A model generated the notes under the pieces. The model was given only the letters and a program-made list of their open reading frames with translations, did no database searches and was not told the origin of the DNA. 64,000 nt of DNA from the human T2T-CHM13v2.0 reference genome, Homo sapiens, in NCBI RefSeq assembly GCF_009914755.1, contig NC_060948.1, one strand, 5' to 3'. A program made the position numbers and the translations under genes. Positions 40,710-62,450 of the stretch are shown in pieces; position 1 is the first letter of the stretch; each line of letters opens with the position of its first letter.

Positions 40710-42807
40710 AGATCCATATTTTTTAAATGAAAAAAAATTTCAAAGGTACTCTGCTTGGTACAATAATCAAATGTATAAACTGAGGAATAAAACATAACCA
40801 TGAAACCTACTTATAACTGCATATGGAAAATACAGAGGATAATTTTTTAAATAACATATTTTGAAAGCCTTAACTAGTAATTTGAAGAGTTGGCATTTGA
40901 AAGGCCAGTATGAATATACCTTCAAAGCAGCAACACAGGTTCCCCATGAGAAAAAGCAAACACAGGGAAAACAAAAACACAAAGGTTCAATCTCTTCTGA
41001 CCTTTGAAAGACACAGCACAGACAGTGGTCCTTAGGACGAAGAGCAGGAGACCCCTAATTCCGTCACCATGGCGATAGGGCATAAACATTGCTGGGTGAG
41101 GGCACAATCCACATTGTGAGGTCCAACTGCTGCCAGGAAGACAGGAGTGCTTTTACATAGACCGAAAGGTCATTGAAGGCTCAGAGTTTTGTTTCAAGAA
41201 CTGAATCCCAAGCCCACACGTTATTAGGCTGCGCTTCTTAAAACAAGTTATGAGATGGGAAAAAGGGCACCCACAAACATACGTATACCTTATGTATATA
41301 ATAATATACAGTATCATATATATAATATATATAACCTATGTATAATATTGTTTTACATCCTGCATCTTATGTTATATATGTTGTATAAAATATAATAATT
41401 GATAATATATAAGTTTTATAATTATACAATATGACATATAGTATATATTATAATTTATGACATATATAATATATGTTATATGTCATATATAGACTATATT
41501 ATACGGTTAATATACGTATTAAATATAAATTATACATTATATATATTATATATAATATATCTGTTATATATAATACCCATTATGCATAATATATATATTA
41601 TGTCTATGTTATATATAGTATAAAACAAGATATAATAATATATAATTGTATATATAAAATGCGACATATAATATATATTATATTTTATAACATATGTAAT
41701 ATATATTATATATTATATATAATACGTTGTATGTATAATACCTATATTAAATACATATTATATGACTATGTTATTAATTACATGTCACATGTGTTATATA
41801 TTATATATTTTACATAGAATATACCGGTTACATACAATATATACTATGTTACCTATAATGTATAATTTATTACATGTAAAATAAAGACTGCAATATATTA
41901 TGTATAATTTATAATATACAATATGTGGAATGTGATATATACAACATATAATATATGATATATGATGTACAGTATATGATATATAACATACAATATATGA
42001 TTCCTAATATATATGGTATACAATATATATTTTATGATATGTATTCTATATGTTTTATATTCTGTTATATATAACTATTTGAAATTATATATAACTGTAT
42101 AATATTTTATGTAAATATGTAATATAATATACATTAACTATATAATATATTATATATAACTATATATTATGTTATATATACTTTTATAACATAATTTACA
42201 TATAATATAATATATATTATAATATTTCATATTACATAATATATATTACATATCACCCAATATAACTAACATACATAATATTATAATATAGATTATATTG
42301 TGTTATATTAAATATCATATATATCATGTATCATATATTCTATAATATATATTACAGATTATATAATATGTATGTTGTCTATTATGTGATATATATAACT
42401 ATATACATAATTATATTTTTATACATATAACTAGATAAACATGTAATTCTACATATTTTCATTTATAATATGTAGAATTATATAATCATATATAATTATT
42501 TATATTCTATAAAAAATTTTATCATTATATAAATTATAATATATAAAAATTATAATATGTACTACAAATATATATATTATATATCATATATGATATAGTA
42601 CCTTTGTTATATATCATAATACATATAAATGTGTATTATGTTATCTATAATTATATAATTTCATATATAAGATGTATAATATGTATCATATATTATATAT
42701 GTTATGTAATATATATAGTATATATAAGATGACACAGGATAAATATTATATACTATGACATATAAAATATATGAGGTTATATGTTACATATAAGGCATAG
42801 CACATAA

Positions 42808-43122
<315 letters not shown>

Positions 43123-45220
43123 AGATCCATATTTTTTAAATGAAAAAAAATTTCAAAGGTACTCTGCTTGGTACAATAATCAAATGTATAAACTGAGGAA
43201 TAAAACATAACCATGAAACCTACTTATAACTGCATATGGAAAATACAGAGGATAATTTTTTAAATAACATATTTTGAAAGCCTTAACTAGTAATTTGAAG
43301 AGTTGGCATTTGAAAGGCCAGTATGAATATACCTTCAAAGCAGCAACACAGGTTCCCCATGAGAAAAAGCAAACACAGGGAAAATAAAAACACAAAGGTT
43401 CAATCTCTTCTGACCTTTGAAAGACACAGCACAGACAGTGGTCCTTAGGACGAAGAGCAGGAGACCCCTAATTCCGTCACCATGGCGATAGGGCATAAAC
43501 ATTGCTGGGTGAGGGCACAATCCACATTGTGAGGTCCAACTGCTGCCAGGAAGACAGGAGTGCTTTTACATAGACCGAAAGGTCATTGAAGGCTCAGAGT
43601 TTTGTTTCAAGAACTGAATCCCAAGCCCACACGTTATTAGGCTGCGCTTCTTAAAACAAGTTATGAGATGGGAAAAAGGGCACCCACAAACATACGTATA
43701 CATTATGTATATAATAATATACAGTATCATATATATAATATATATAACCTATGTATAATATTGTTTTACATCCTGCATCTTATGTTATATATATTGTATA
43801 AAATATAATAATTGATAATATATAAGTTTTATAATTATACAATATGACATATAGTAGATATTATAATTTATGACATATATAATATATGTTATATATCATA
43901 TATAGAATATATTATACGGTTAATATACGTATTAAATATAAATTATACATTATATATATTATATATAATATATGTGTTATATATAATACCCATTATGCAT
44001 AATATATATATTATGTCTATGTTATATATAGTATAAAACAACATATAATAATATATAATTGTATATATAAAATGCGACATAGAATATATATTATATTTTA
44101 TAACATATGTAATATATATTATATATAATACGTTGTATGTATAATACCTATATTAAATATATATTATATGACTATGTTATTAATTACATGTCACATGTGT
44201 TATATATTATATATTTTACATAGAATATACCGGTTACATACAATATATACTATGTTACCTATAATGTATAATTTATTACATGTAAAATAAAGACTGCAAT
44301 ATATTATGTATAATTTATAATATACAATATGTGGAATGTGATATATATAACATATAATATATGATATATGATATACAGTATATGATATATAACATACAAT
44401 ATATGATTCCTAATATATATGGTATACAATATATATTTTATGATATGTATTCTATATCTTTTATATTCTGTTATATATAACTATTTGAAATTATATATAA
44501 CTGTATAATATTTTATGTAAATATGTAATATAATATATATAACTATATAATATATTATATATAACTATATATTATGTTATATATACTTTTATAACATAAT
44601 TTACATAAAATATCATAATATAATATATATTATATTATTTCATATTACATAATATATATTACATATCACCCAATATAACTAACATACATAATATTATAAT
44701 ATAGATTATATTGTGTTATATTAAATATCATATATATCATGTGTCATATATTCTATAATATATATTACACATTATATAATATGTATGTTGTCTATTATGT
44801 GATATACATAACTATATATATAATTATATTTTAATACATATAACTAGATAAACATGTAATTCTACATATTTTCATTTATAATATGTAGAATTATATAATC
44901 ATATATAATTATTTATATTCTATAAAAAATTTTATCATTATATAAATTATAATATATAAAAATTATAATATGTACTACAAATATATATATTATATATCAT
45001 ATATGATATAGTACCTTTGTTATATATCATAATACATATAAATGTGTATTATGTTATCTATAATTATATAATTTCATATATAAGATGTATAATATGTATC
45101 ATATATTATATATGTTATGTAATATATATAGTATATATAAGATGACACAGGATAAATATTATATACTATGACATATAAAATATATGAGGTTATATGTTAC
45201 ATATAAGGCATAGCACATAA

Positions 45221-45535
<315 letters not shown>

Positions 45536-47640
45536 AGATCCATATTTTTTAAATGAAAAAAAATTTCAAAGGTACTCTGCTTGGTACAATAATCAAATGT
45601 ATAAACTGAGGAATAAAACATAACCATGAAACCTACTTATAACTGCATATGGAAAATACAGAGGATAATTTTTTAAATAACATATTTTGAAAGCCTTAAC
45701 TAGTAATTTGAAGAGTTGGCATTTGAAAGGCCAGTATGAATATACCTTCAAAGCAGCAACACAGGTTCCCCATGAGAAAAAGCAAACACAGGGAAAATAA
45801 AAACACAAAGGTTCAATCTCTTCTGACCTTTGAAAGACACAGCACAGACAGTGGTCCTTAGGACGAAGAGCAGGAGACCCCTAATTCCGTCACCATGGCG
45901 ATAGGGCATAAACATTGCTGGGTGAGGGCACAATCCACATTGTGAGGTCCAACTGCTGCCAGGAAGACAGGAGTGCTTTTACATAGACCGAAAGGTCATT
46001 GAAGGCTCAGAGTTTTGTTTCAAGAACTGAATCCCAAGCCCACACGTTATTAGGCTGCGCTTCTTAAAACAAGTTATGAGATGGGAAAAAGGGCACCCAC
46101 AAACATACGTATACATTATGTATATAATAATATACAGTATCATATATATAATATATATAACCTATGTATAAGATTGTTTTACATCCTGCATCTTATGTTA
46201 TATATATTGTATAAAATATAATAATTGATAATATATAAGTTTTATAATTATACAATATGACATATAGTATATATTATAATTTATGACATATATAATATAT
46301 GTTATATATCATATATAGAATATATTATACGGTTAATATACGTATTAAATATAAATTATACCTTATATATATTATATATAATATATCTGTTATATATAAT
46401 ACCCATTATGCATTATATATATATTATGTCTATGTTATATATAGTATAAAACAACATATAATAATATATAATTGTATACATAAAATGCGACATAGAATAT
46501 ATATTATATTTTATAACATATGTAATATATATTATATATTATATATAATACGTTGTATGTATAATACCTATATTAAATATATATTATATGACTATGTTAT
46601 TAATTACATGTCACATGTGTTATATATTATATATTTTACATAGAATATACCGGTAACATACAATATATACTATGTTACATATAATGTATAATTTATTACA
46701 TGTAAAATAAAGAATGCAATATATTATGTATAATTTATAATATACAATATGTGGAATGTGATATATGTAACATATAATATATGATATATGATATACAGTA
46801 TATGATATATAACATACAATATATGATTCCTAATATATATGGTATACAATATATATTTTATGATATGTATTCTATATGTTTTATATTCTGTTATATATAA
46901 CTATTTGAAATTATATATAACTGTATAATATTTTATGTAAATATGTAATATAATATATATAACTATATAATATATTATATATAACTATATATTATGTTAT
47001 ATATACTTTTATAACATAATTTACATAAAATATCATAATATAATATATATTATATTATTTCATATTACATAATATATATTACATATCACCCAATATAACT
47101 AACATACATAATATTATAATATAGATTATATTGTGTTATATTAAATATCATATATATCATGTATCATATATTCTATAATATATATTACACATTATATAAT
47201 ATGTATGTTGTCTATTATGTGATATACATAACTATATATATAATTATATTTTTATACATATAACTAGATAAACATGTAATTCTACATATTTTCATTTATA
47301 ATATGTAGAATTATATAATCATATATAATTATTTATATTCTATAAAAAATTTTATCATTATATGAATTATAATATAAAAAAATTATAATATGTACTACAA
47401 ATATATATATTATATATCATATATGATATAGTACCTTTGTTATATTTCATAATACATATAAATGTGTATTATGTTATCTATAATTATATAATTTCATATA
47501 TAAGGTGTATAATATGTATCATATATTATATATGTTATGTAATATATATAGTATATATAAGATGACACAGGATAAATATTATATACTATGACATATAAAA
47601 TATATGAGGTTATATGTTACATATAAGGCATAGCACATAA

Positions 47641-47955
<315 letters not shown>

Positions 47956-50044
47956 AGATCCATATTTTTTAAATGAAAAAAAATTTCAAAGGTACTCTGC
48001 TTGGTACAATAATCAAATGTATAAACTGAGGAATAAAACATAACCATGAAACCTACTTATAACTGCATATGGAAAATACAGAGGATAATTTTTTAAATAA
48101 CATATTTTGAAAGCCTTAACTAGTAATTTGAAGAGTTGGCATTTGAAAGGCCAGTATGAATATACCTTCAAAGCAGCAACACAGGTTCCCCATGAGAAAA
48201 AGCAAACACAGGGAAAATAAAAACACAAAGGTTCAATCTCTTCTGACCTTTGAAAGACACAGCACAGACAGTGGTCCTTAGGACGAAGAGCAGGAGACCC
48301 CTAATTCCGTCACCATGGCGATAGGGCATAAACATTGCTGGGTGAGGGCACAATCCACATTGTGAGGTCCAACTGCTGCCAGGAAGACAGGAGTGCTTTT
48401 ACATAGACCGAAAGGTCATTGAAGGCTCAGAGTTTTGTTTCAAGAACTGAATCCCAAGCCCACACGTTATTAGGCTGCGCTTCTTAAAACAAGTTATGAG
48501 ATGGGAAAAAGGGCACCCACAAACATACGTATACATTATGTATATAATAATATACAGTATCATATATATAATATATATAACCTATGTATAATATTGTTTT
48601 ACATCCTGCATCTTATGTTATATATATTGTATAAAATATAATAATTGATAATATATAAGTTTTATAATTATACAATATGACATATAGTATATATTATAAT
48701 TTATGACATATATAATATATGTTATATATCATATATAGAATATATTATACGGTTAATATACGTATTAAATATAAATTATACATTATATATATTATATGTG
48801 TTATATATAATACCCATTATGCATAATATATATATTATGTCTATGTTATATATAGTATAAAACAACATATAATAATATATAATTGTATATATAAAATGCG
48901 ACATAGAATATATATTATATTTTATAGCATATGTAATATATATTATATATAATACGTTGTATGTATAATACCTATATTAAATATATATTATATGACTATG
49001 TTATTAATTACATGTCACATGTGTTATATATTATATATTTTACATAGAATATACCGGTTACATACAATATATACTATGTTACCTATAATGTATAATTTAT
49101 TACATGTAAAATAAAGACTGCAATATATTATGTATAATTTATAATATACAATATGTGGAATGTGATATATATAACATATAATATATGATATATGATATAC
49201 AGTATATGATATATAACATACAATATATGATTCCTAATATATATGGTATAGAATATATATTTTATGATATGTATTCTATATGTTTTATATTCTGTTATAT
49301 ATAACTATTTGAAATTATATATAACTGTATAATATTTTATGTAAATATGTAATATAATATATATAACTATATAATATATTATATATAACTATATATTATG
49401 TTATATATACTTTTATAACATAATTTACATAAAATATCATAATATAATATATATTATATTATTTCATATTACATAATATATATTACATATCACCCAATAT
49501 AACTAACATACATAATATTATAATATAGATTATATTGTGTTATATTAAATATCATATATATCATGTGTCATATATTCTATAATATATATTACACATTATA
49601 TAATATGTATGTTGTCTATTATGTGATATACATAACTATATATATAATTATATTTTTATACATATAACTAGATAAACATGTAATTCTACATATTTTCATT
49701 TATAATATGTAGAATTATATAATCATATATAATTATTTATATTCTATAAAAAATTTTATCATTATATAAATTATAATATATAAAAATTATATTATGTACT
49801 ACAAATATATATATTATATATCATATATGATATAGTACCTTTGTTATATATCATAATACATATAAATGTGTATTATGTTATCTATAATTATATAATTTCA
49901 TATATAAGATGTATAATATGTATCATATATTATATAAGTTATGTAATATATATAGTATATATAAGATGACACAGGATAAATATTATATACTATGACATAT
50001 AAAATATATGAGGTTATATGTTACATATAAGGCATAGCACATAA

Positions 50045-50359
<315 letters not shown>

Positions 50360-52457
50360 AGATCCATATTTTTTAAATGAAAAAAAATTTCAAAGGTACT
50401 CTGCTTGGTACAATAATCAAATGTATAAACTGAGGAATAAAACATAACCATGAAACCTACTTATAACTGCATATGGAAAATACAGAGGATAATTTTTTAA
50501 ATAACATATTTTGAAAGCCTTAACTAGTAATTTGAAGAGTTGGCATTTGAAAGGCCAGTATGAATATACCTTCAAAGCAGCAACACAGGTTCCCCATGAG
50601 AAAAAGCAAACACAGGGAAAACAAAAACACAAAGGTTCAATCTCTTCTGACCTTTGAAAGACACAGCACAGACAGTGGTCCTTAGGACGAAGAGCAGGAG
50701 ACCCCTAATTCCGTCACCATGGCGATAGGGCATAAACATTGCTGGGTGAGGGCACAATCCACATTGTGAGGTCCAACTGCTGCCAGGAAGACAGGAGTGC
50801 TTTTACATAGTCCGAAAGGTCATTGAAGGCTCAGAGTTTTGTTTCAAGAACTGAATCCCAAGCCCACACGTTATTAGGCTGCGCTTCTTAAAACAAGTTA
50901 TGAGATGGGAAAAAGGGCACCCACAAACATACGTATACATTATGTATATAATAATATACAGTATCATATATATAATATATATAACCTATGTATAATATTG
51001 TTTTACATCCTGCATCTTCTGTTATATATATTGTATAAAATATAATAATTGATAATATATAAGTTTTATAATTATACAATATGACATATAGTATATATTA
51101 TAATTTATGACATATATAATATATGTTATATATCATATATAGAATATATTATACGGTTAATATACGTATTAAATATAAATTATACATTATATATATTATA
51201 TATAATATATCTGTTATATATAATACCCATTATGCATAATATATATATTATGTCTATGTTATATATAGTATAAAACAATATATAATAATATATAATTGTA
51301 TATATAAAATGCGACATATAATATATATTATATTTTATAACATATGTAATATATATTATATATAATACGTTGTATGTATAATACCTATATTAAATATATA
51401 TTATATGACTATGTTATTAATTACATGTCACATGTGTTATATATTATATATTTTACATAGAATATACCGGTTACATACAATATATACTATGTTACCTATA
51501 ATGTATAATTTATTACATGTAAAATAAAGACTGCAATATAGTATGTATAATTTATAATATACAATATGTGGAATGTGATATATGTAACATATAATATATG
51601 ATATATGATATACAGTATATGATATATAACATACAATATATGATTCCTAATATATATGGTATACAATATATATTTTATGATATGTATTCTATATGTTTTA
51701 TATTCTGTTATATATAACTATTTGAAATTATATATAACTGTATAATATTTTATGTAAATATGTAATATAATATATATAACTATATAATATATTATATATA
51801 ACTATATATTATGTTATATATACTTTTATAACATAATTTACATAAAATATCATAATATAATATATATTATATTATTTCATATTACATAATATATATTACA
51901 TATCACCCAATATAACTAACATACATAATATTATAATATAGATTATATTGTGTTATATTAAATATCATATATATCATGTGTCATATATTCTATAATATAT
52001 ATTACACATTATATAATATGTATGTTGTCTATTATGTGATATACATAACTATATATATAATTATATTTTTATACATATAACTAGATAAACATGTAATTCT
52101 ACATATTTTCATTTATAATATGTAGAATTATATAATCATATATAATTATTTATATTCTATAAAAAATTTTATCATTATATAAATTATAATATATAAAAAT
52201 TATAATATGTACTACAAATATATATATTATATATCATATATGATATAGTACCTTTGTTATATATCATAATACATATAAATGTGTATTATGTTATCTATAA
52301 TTATATAATTTCATATATAAGATGTATAATATGTATCATATATTATATATGTTATGTAATATATATAGTATATATAAGATGACACAGGATAAATATTATA
52401 TACTATGACATATAAAATATATGAGGTTATATGTTACATATAAGGCATAGCACATAA

Positions 52458-52772
<315 letters not shown>

Positions 52773-54900
52773 AGATCCGTATTTTTTAAATGAAAAAAAA
52801 TTTCAAAGGTACTCTGCTTGGTACAATAATCAAATGTATAAACTGAGGAATAAAACATAACCATGAAACCTACTTATAACTGCATATGGAAAATACAGAG
52901 GATAATTTTTTAAATAACATATTTTGAAAGCCTTAACTAGTAATTTGAAGAGCTGGCATTTGAAAGGCCAGTATGAATATACCTTCAAAGCAGCAACACA
53001 GGTTCCCCATGAGAAAAAGCAAACACAGGGAAAATAAAAACACAAAGGTTCAATCTCTTCTGACCTTTGAAAGACACAGCACAGACAGTGGTCCTTAGGA
53101 CGAAGAGCAGGAGACCCCTAATTCCGTCACCATGGCGATAGGGCATAAACATTGCTGGGTGAGGGCACAATCCACATTGTGAGGTCCAACTGCTGCCAGG
53201 AAGACAGGAGTGCTTTTACATAGACCGAAAGGTCATTGAAGGCTCAGAGTTTTGTTTCAAGAACTGAATCCCAAGCCCACACGTTATTAGGCTGCGCTTC
53301 TTAAAACAAGTTATGAGATGGGAAAAAGGGCACCCACAAACATACGTATACATTATGTATATAATAATATACAGTATCATATATATAATATATATAACCT
53401 ATGTATAATATTGTTTTACATCCTGCATCTTATGTTATATATATTGTATAAAATATAATAATTGATAATATATAAGTTTTATAATTATACAATATGACAT
53501 ATAGTATATATTATAATTTATGACATATATAATATATGTTATATATCATATATACAATATATTATACGGTTAATATACGTATTAAATATAAATTATACAT
53601 TATATATATTATATATAATATATCTGTTATATATAATACCCATTATGCATAATATATATATTATGTCTATGTTATATATAGTATAAAACAACATATAATA
53701 ATATATAATTGTATATATAAAATGCGACATATAATATATATTATATTTTATAACATATGTAATATATATTATATATTATATATAATACGTTGTATGTATA
53801 ATACCTATATTAAATATATATTATATGACTATGTTATTAATTACATGTCACATGTGTTATATATTATATATTTTACATAGAATATACCGGTTACATACAA
53901 TATATACTATGTTACCTACAATGTATAATTTATTACATGTAAAATAAAGAATGCAATATATTATGTATAATTTATAATATACAATATGTGGAATGTGATA
54001 TATATAACATATAATATATGATATATGATATACAGTATATGATATATAACATACAATATATGATTCCTAATATATATGGTATACAATATATATTTTATGA
54101 TATGTATTCTATATGTTTTATATTCTGTTATATATAACTATTTGAAATTATATATAACTGTATAATATTTTATGTAAATATGTAATATAATATATATAAC
54201 TATATAATATATTATATATAACTATATATTATGTTATATATACTTTTATAACATAATTTACATAAAATATCATAATATAATATATATTATATTATTTCAT
54301 ATTACATAATATATATTACATATCACCCAATATAACTAACATGCATAATATTATAATATAGATTATATTATGTTATATTAAATATCATATATATCATGTA
54401 ACATATATTCTATAATATATATTACACATTATATAATATGTATGTTGTCTATTATGTGATATATATAACTATATATATAATTATATTTTTATACATATAA
54501 CTAGATAAACATGTAATTCTACATATTTTCATTTATAATATGTAGAATTATATAATCATATATAATTATTTATATTCTATAAAAAATTTTATCATTATAT
54601 AAATTATAATATATAAAAATTATAATATGTACTACAAATATATATATTATATATCATATATGATATAGTACCTTTGTTATATATCATAATACATATAAAT
54701 GTGTATTATGTTATCTATAATTATATAATTTCATATATAAGATGTATAATATGTATCATATATTATATATGTTATGTAATATATATAGTATATATAAGAT
54801 GACACAGGATAAATATTATATACTATGACATATAAAATATATGAGGTTATATGTTACATATAAGGCATAGCACATAACATGTAATATATATCATATATAA

Positions 54901-55192
<292 letters not shown>

Positions 55193-57297
55193 AGATCCAT
55201 ATTTTTTAAATGAAAAAAAATTTCAAAGGTACTCTGCTTGGTACAATAATCAAATGTATAAACTGAGGAATAAAACATAACCATGAAACCTACTTATAAC
55301 TGCATATGGAAAATACAGAGGATAATTTTTTAAATAACATATTTTGAAAGCCTTAACTAGTAATTTGAAGAGTTGGCATTTGAAAGGCCAGTATGAATAT
55401 ACCTTCAAAGCAGCAACACAGGTTCCCCATGAGAAAAAGCAAACACAGGGAAAATAAAAACACAAAGGTTCAATCTCTTCTGACCTTTGAAAGACACAGC
55501 ACAGACAGTGGTCCTTAGGACGAAGAGCAGGAGACCCCTAATTCCGTCACCATGGCGATAGGGCATAAACATTGCTGGGTGAGGGCACAATCCACATTGT
55601 GAGGTCCAACTGCTGCCAGGAAGACAGGAGTGCTTTTACATAGACCGAAAGGTCATTGAAGGCTCAGAGTTTTGTTTCAAGAACTGAATCCCAAGCCCAC
55701 ACGTTATTAGGCTGCGCTTCTTAAAACAAGTTATGAGATGGGAAAAAGGGCACCCACAAACATACGTATACATTATGTATATAATAATATACAGTATCAT
55801 ATATATAATATATATAACCTATGTATAATATTGTTTTACATCCTGCATCTTATGTTATATATATTGTATAAAATATAATAATTGATAATATATAAGTTTT
55901 ATAATTATACAATATGACATATAGTATATATTATAATTTATGACATATATAATATATGTTATATATCATATATAGAATATATTATACGGTTAATATACGT
56001 ATTAAATATAAATTATACCTTATATATATTATATATAATATATCTGTTATATATAATACCCATTATGCATAATATATATATTATGTCTATGTTATATATA
56101 GTATAAAACAACATATAATAATATATAATTGTATACATAAAATGCGACATAGAATATATATTATATTTTATAACATATGTAATATATATTATATATTATA
56201 TATAATACGTTGTATGTATAATACCTATATTAAATATATATTATATGACTATGTTATTAATTACATGTCACATGTGTTATATATTATATATTTTACATAG
56301 AATATACCGGTAACATACAATATATACTATGTTACATATAATGTATAATTTATTACATGTAAAATAAAGAATGCAATATATTATGTATAATTTATAATAT
56401 ACAATATGTGGAATGTGATATATGTAACATATAATATATGATATATGATATACAGTATATGATATATAACATACAATATATGATTCCTAATATATATGGT
56501 ATACAATATATATTTTATGATATGTATTCTATATGTTTTATATTCTGTTATATATAACTATTTGAAATTATATATAACTGTATAATATTTTATGTAAATA
56601 TGTAATATAATATATATAACTATATAATATATTATATATAACTATATATTATGTTATATATACTTTTATAACATAATTTACATAAAATATCATAATATAA
56701 TATATATTATATTATTTCATATTATATAATATATATTACATATCACCCAATATAACTAACATACATAATATTATAATATAGATTATATTGTGTTATATTA
56801 AATATCATATATATCATGTATCATATATTCTATAATATATATTACACATTATATAATATGTATGTTGTCTATTATGTGATATACATAACTATATATATAA
56901 TTATATTTTTATACATATAACTAGATAAACATGTAATTCTACATATTTTCATTTATAATATGTAGAATTATATAATCATATATAATTATTTATATTCTAT
57001 AAAAAATTTTATCATTATATGAATTATAATATAAAAAAATTATAATATGTACTACAAATATTTATATTATATATCATATATGATATAGTACCTTTGTTAT
57101 ATATCATAATACATATAAATGTGTATTATGTTATCTATAATTATATAATTTCATATATAAGGTTTATAATATGTATCATATATTATATATGTTATGTAAT
57201 ATATATAGTATATATAAGATGACACAGGATAAATATTATATACTATGACATATAAAATATATGAGGTTATATGTTACATATAAGGCATAGCACATAA

Positions 57298-57612
<315 letters not shown>

Positions 57613-59715
57613 AGATCCATATTTTTTAAATGAAAAAAAATTTCAAAGGTACTCTGCTTGGTACAATAATCAAATGTATAAACTGAGGAATAAAACATAA
57701 CCATGAAACCTACTTATAACTGCATATGGAAAATACAGAGGATAATTTTTTAAATAACATATTTTGAAAGCCTTAACTAGTAATTTGAAGAGTTGGCATT
57801 TGAAAGGCCAGTATGAATATACCTTCAAAGCAGCAACATAGGTTCCCCATGAGAAAAAGCAAACACAGGGAAAATAAAAACACAAAGGTTCAATCTCTTC
57901 TGACCTTTGAAAGACACAGCACAGACAGTGGTCCTTAGGACGAAGAGCAGGAGACCCCTAATTCCGTCACCATGGCGATAGGGCATAAACATTGCTGGGT
58001 GAGGGCACAATCCACATTGTGAGGTCCAACTGCTGCCAGGAAGACAGGAGTGCTTTTACATAGACCGAAAGGTCATTGAAGGCTCAGAGTTTTGTTTCAA
58101 GAACTGAATCCCAAGCCCACACGTTATTAGGCTGCGCTTCTTAAAACAAGTTATGAGATGGGAAAAAGGGCACCCACAAACATACGTATACATTATGTAT
58201 ATAATAATATACAGTATCATATATATAATATATATAACCTATGTATAATATTGTTTTACATCCTGCATCTTATGTTATATATATTGTATAAAATATAATA
58301 ATTGATAATATATAAGTTTTATAATTATACAATATGACATATAGTATATATTATAAATTATGACATATATAATATATGTTATATATCATATATAGAATAT
58401 ATTATATGGTTAATATACGTATTAAATATAAATTATACATTATATATATTATATATAATATATCTGTTATATATAATACCCATTATGCATAATATATATA
58501 TTATGTCTATGTTATATATAGTATAAAACAACATATAATAAGATATAATTGTATATATAAAATGCGACATAAAATATATATTATATTTTATAACATATGT
58601 AATATATATTATATATTATATATAATACGTTGTATGTATAATACCTATATTAAATATATATTATATGACTATGTTATTGATTACATGTCACATGTGTTAA
58701 ATATTATATATTTTACATAGAATATACCGGTTACATACAATATATACTATGTTACCTATAATGTATAATTTATTACATGTAAAATAAAGAATGCAATATA
58801 TTATGTATAATTTATAATATACAATATGTGGAATGTGATATATATAACATATAATATATGATATATGATATACAGTATATGATATATAACATACAATATA
58901 TGATTCCTAATATATATGGTATACAATATATATTTTATGATATGTATTCTATATGTTTTATATTCTGTTATATATAACTATTTGAAATTATATATAACCA
59001 TATAATATTTTATGTAAATATGTAATATAATATATATAACTATATAATATATTATATATAACTATATATTATGTTATATATACTTTTATAACATAATTTA
59101 CATAAAATATCATAATATAATATACATTATATTATTTCATATTACATAATATATATTACATATCACCCAATATAACTAACATACATAATATTATAATATA
59201 GATTATATTATGTTATATTAAATATCATATATATCATGTATCATATATTCTATAATATATATTACACATTATATAATATGTATGTTGTCTATTATGTGAT
59301 ATATATAACTATATATAATTATATTTTTATACATATAACTAGATAAACATGTAATTCTACATATTTTCATTTATAATATGTAGAATTATATAATCATATA
59401 TAATTATTTATATTCTATAAAAAATTTTATCATTATATGAATTATAATATATAAAAATTATAATATGTACTACAAATATATATATTATATATCATATATG
59501 ATATAGTACCTTTGTTATATATCATAATACATATAAATGTGTATTATGTTATCTATAATTATATAATTTCATATATAAGGTGTATAATATGTATCATATA
59601 TTATATATGTTATGTAATATATATAGTATATATAAGATGACACAGGATAAATATTATATACTATGACATATAAAATATATGAGGTTATATGTTACATATA
59701 AGGCATAGCACATAA

Positions 59716-60030
<315 letters not shown>

Positions 60031-62135
60031 AGATCCATATTTTTTAAATGAAAAAAAATTTCAAAGGTACTCTGCTTGGTACAATAATCAAATGTATAAA
60101 CTGAGGAATAAAACATAACCATGAAACCTACTTATAACTGCATATGGAAAATACAGAGGATAATTTTTTAAATAACATATTTTGAAAGCCTTAACTAGTA
60201 ATTTGAAGAGTTGGCATTTGAAAGGCCAGTATGAATATACCTTCAAAGCAGCAACACAGGTTCCCCATGAGAAAAAGCAAACACAGGGAAAATAAAAACA
60301 CAAAGGTTCAATCTCTTCTGACCTTTGAAAGACACAGCACAGACAGTGGTCCTTAGGACGAAGAGCAGGAGACCCCTAATTCCGTCACCATGGCGATAGG
60401 GCATAAACATTGCTGGGTGAGGGCACAATCCACATTGTGAGGTCCAACTGCTGCCAGGAAGACAGGAGTGCTTTTACATAGACCGAAAGGTCATTGAAGG
60501 CTCAGAGTTTTGTTTCAAGAACTGAATCCCAAGCCCACACGTTATTAGGCTGCGCTTCTTAAAACAAGTTATGAGATGGGAAAAAGGGCACCCACAAACA
60601 TACGTATACATTATGTATATAATAATATACAGTATCATATATATAATATATATAACCTATGTATAATATTGTTCTACATCCTGCATCTTATGTTATATAT
60701 ATTGTATAAAATATAATAATTGATAATATATAAGTTTTATAATTATACAATATGACATATAGTATATATTATAATTTATGACATATATAATATATGTTAT
60801 ATGTCATATATAGAATATATTATACGGTTAATATACGTATTAAATATAAATTATACATTATATATATTATATATAATATATCTGTTATATATAATACCCA
60901 TTATGCATAATATATATATTATGTCTATGTTATATATAGTATAAAACAACATATAATAATATATAATTGTATATATAAAATGCGACATATAATATATATT
61001 ATATTTTATAACATATGTAATATATATTATATATTATATATAATACGTTGTATGTACAATACCTATACTAAATATATATTATATGACTATGTTATTAATT
61101 ACATGTCACATGTGTTATATATTATATATTTTACATAGAATATACCGGTTACATACAATATATACTATGTTACCTATAATGTATAATTTATTACATGTAA
61201 AATAAAGAATTCAATATATTATGTATAATTTATAATATACAATATGTGGAATGTGATATATATAACATATAATATATGATATATGATATACAGTATATGA
61301 TATATAACATACAATATATGATTCCTAATATATATGGTATACAATATATATTTTATGATATGTATTCTATATGTTTTATATTCTGTTATATATAACTATT
61401 TGAAATTATATATAACTGTATAATATTTTATGTAAATATGTAATATAATATATATAACTATATAATATATTATATATAACTATATATTATGTTATATATA
61501 CTTTTATAACATAATTTACATAAAATATCATAATATAATATATATTATATTATTTCATATTACATAATATATATTACATATCACCCAATATAACTAAGAT
61601 ACATAATATTATAATATAGATTATATTATGTTATATTAAATATCATATATATCATGTATCATATATTCTATAATATATATTACACATTATATAATATGTA
61701 TGTTGTCTATTATGTGATATATATAACTATATATATAATTATATTTTTATACATATAACTAGATAAACATGTAATTCTACATATTTTCATTTATAATATG
61801 TAGAATTATATAATCATATATAATTATTTATATTCTATAAAAAATTTTATCATTATATGAATTATAATATATAAAAATTATAATATGTACTACAAATATA
61901 TATATTATATATCATATATGATATAGTACCTTTGTTATATATCATAATACATATAAATGTGTATTATGTTATCTATAATTATATAATTTCATATATAAGA
62001 TGTATAATATGTATCATATATTATATATGTTATGTAATATATATAGTATATATAAGATGACACAGGATAAATATTATATACTATGACATATAAAATATAT
62101 GAGGTTATATGTTACATATAAGGCATAGCACATAA

Positions 62136-62450
<315 letters not shown>

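Noticed and set aside
46299-46643. I/Y/N-rich ORFs in the AT tract (also 22228, 24540, 29486, 34324, 36559, 38979, 50888)
   Set aside because: Their composition is the direct translation of TA repeats. They appear only where a private SNV or indel removes a stop codon.
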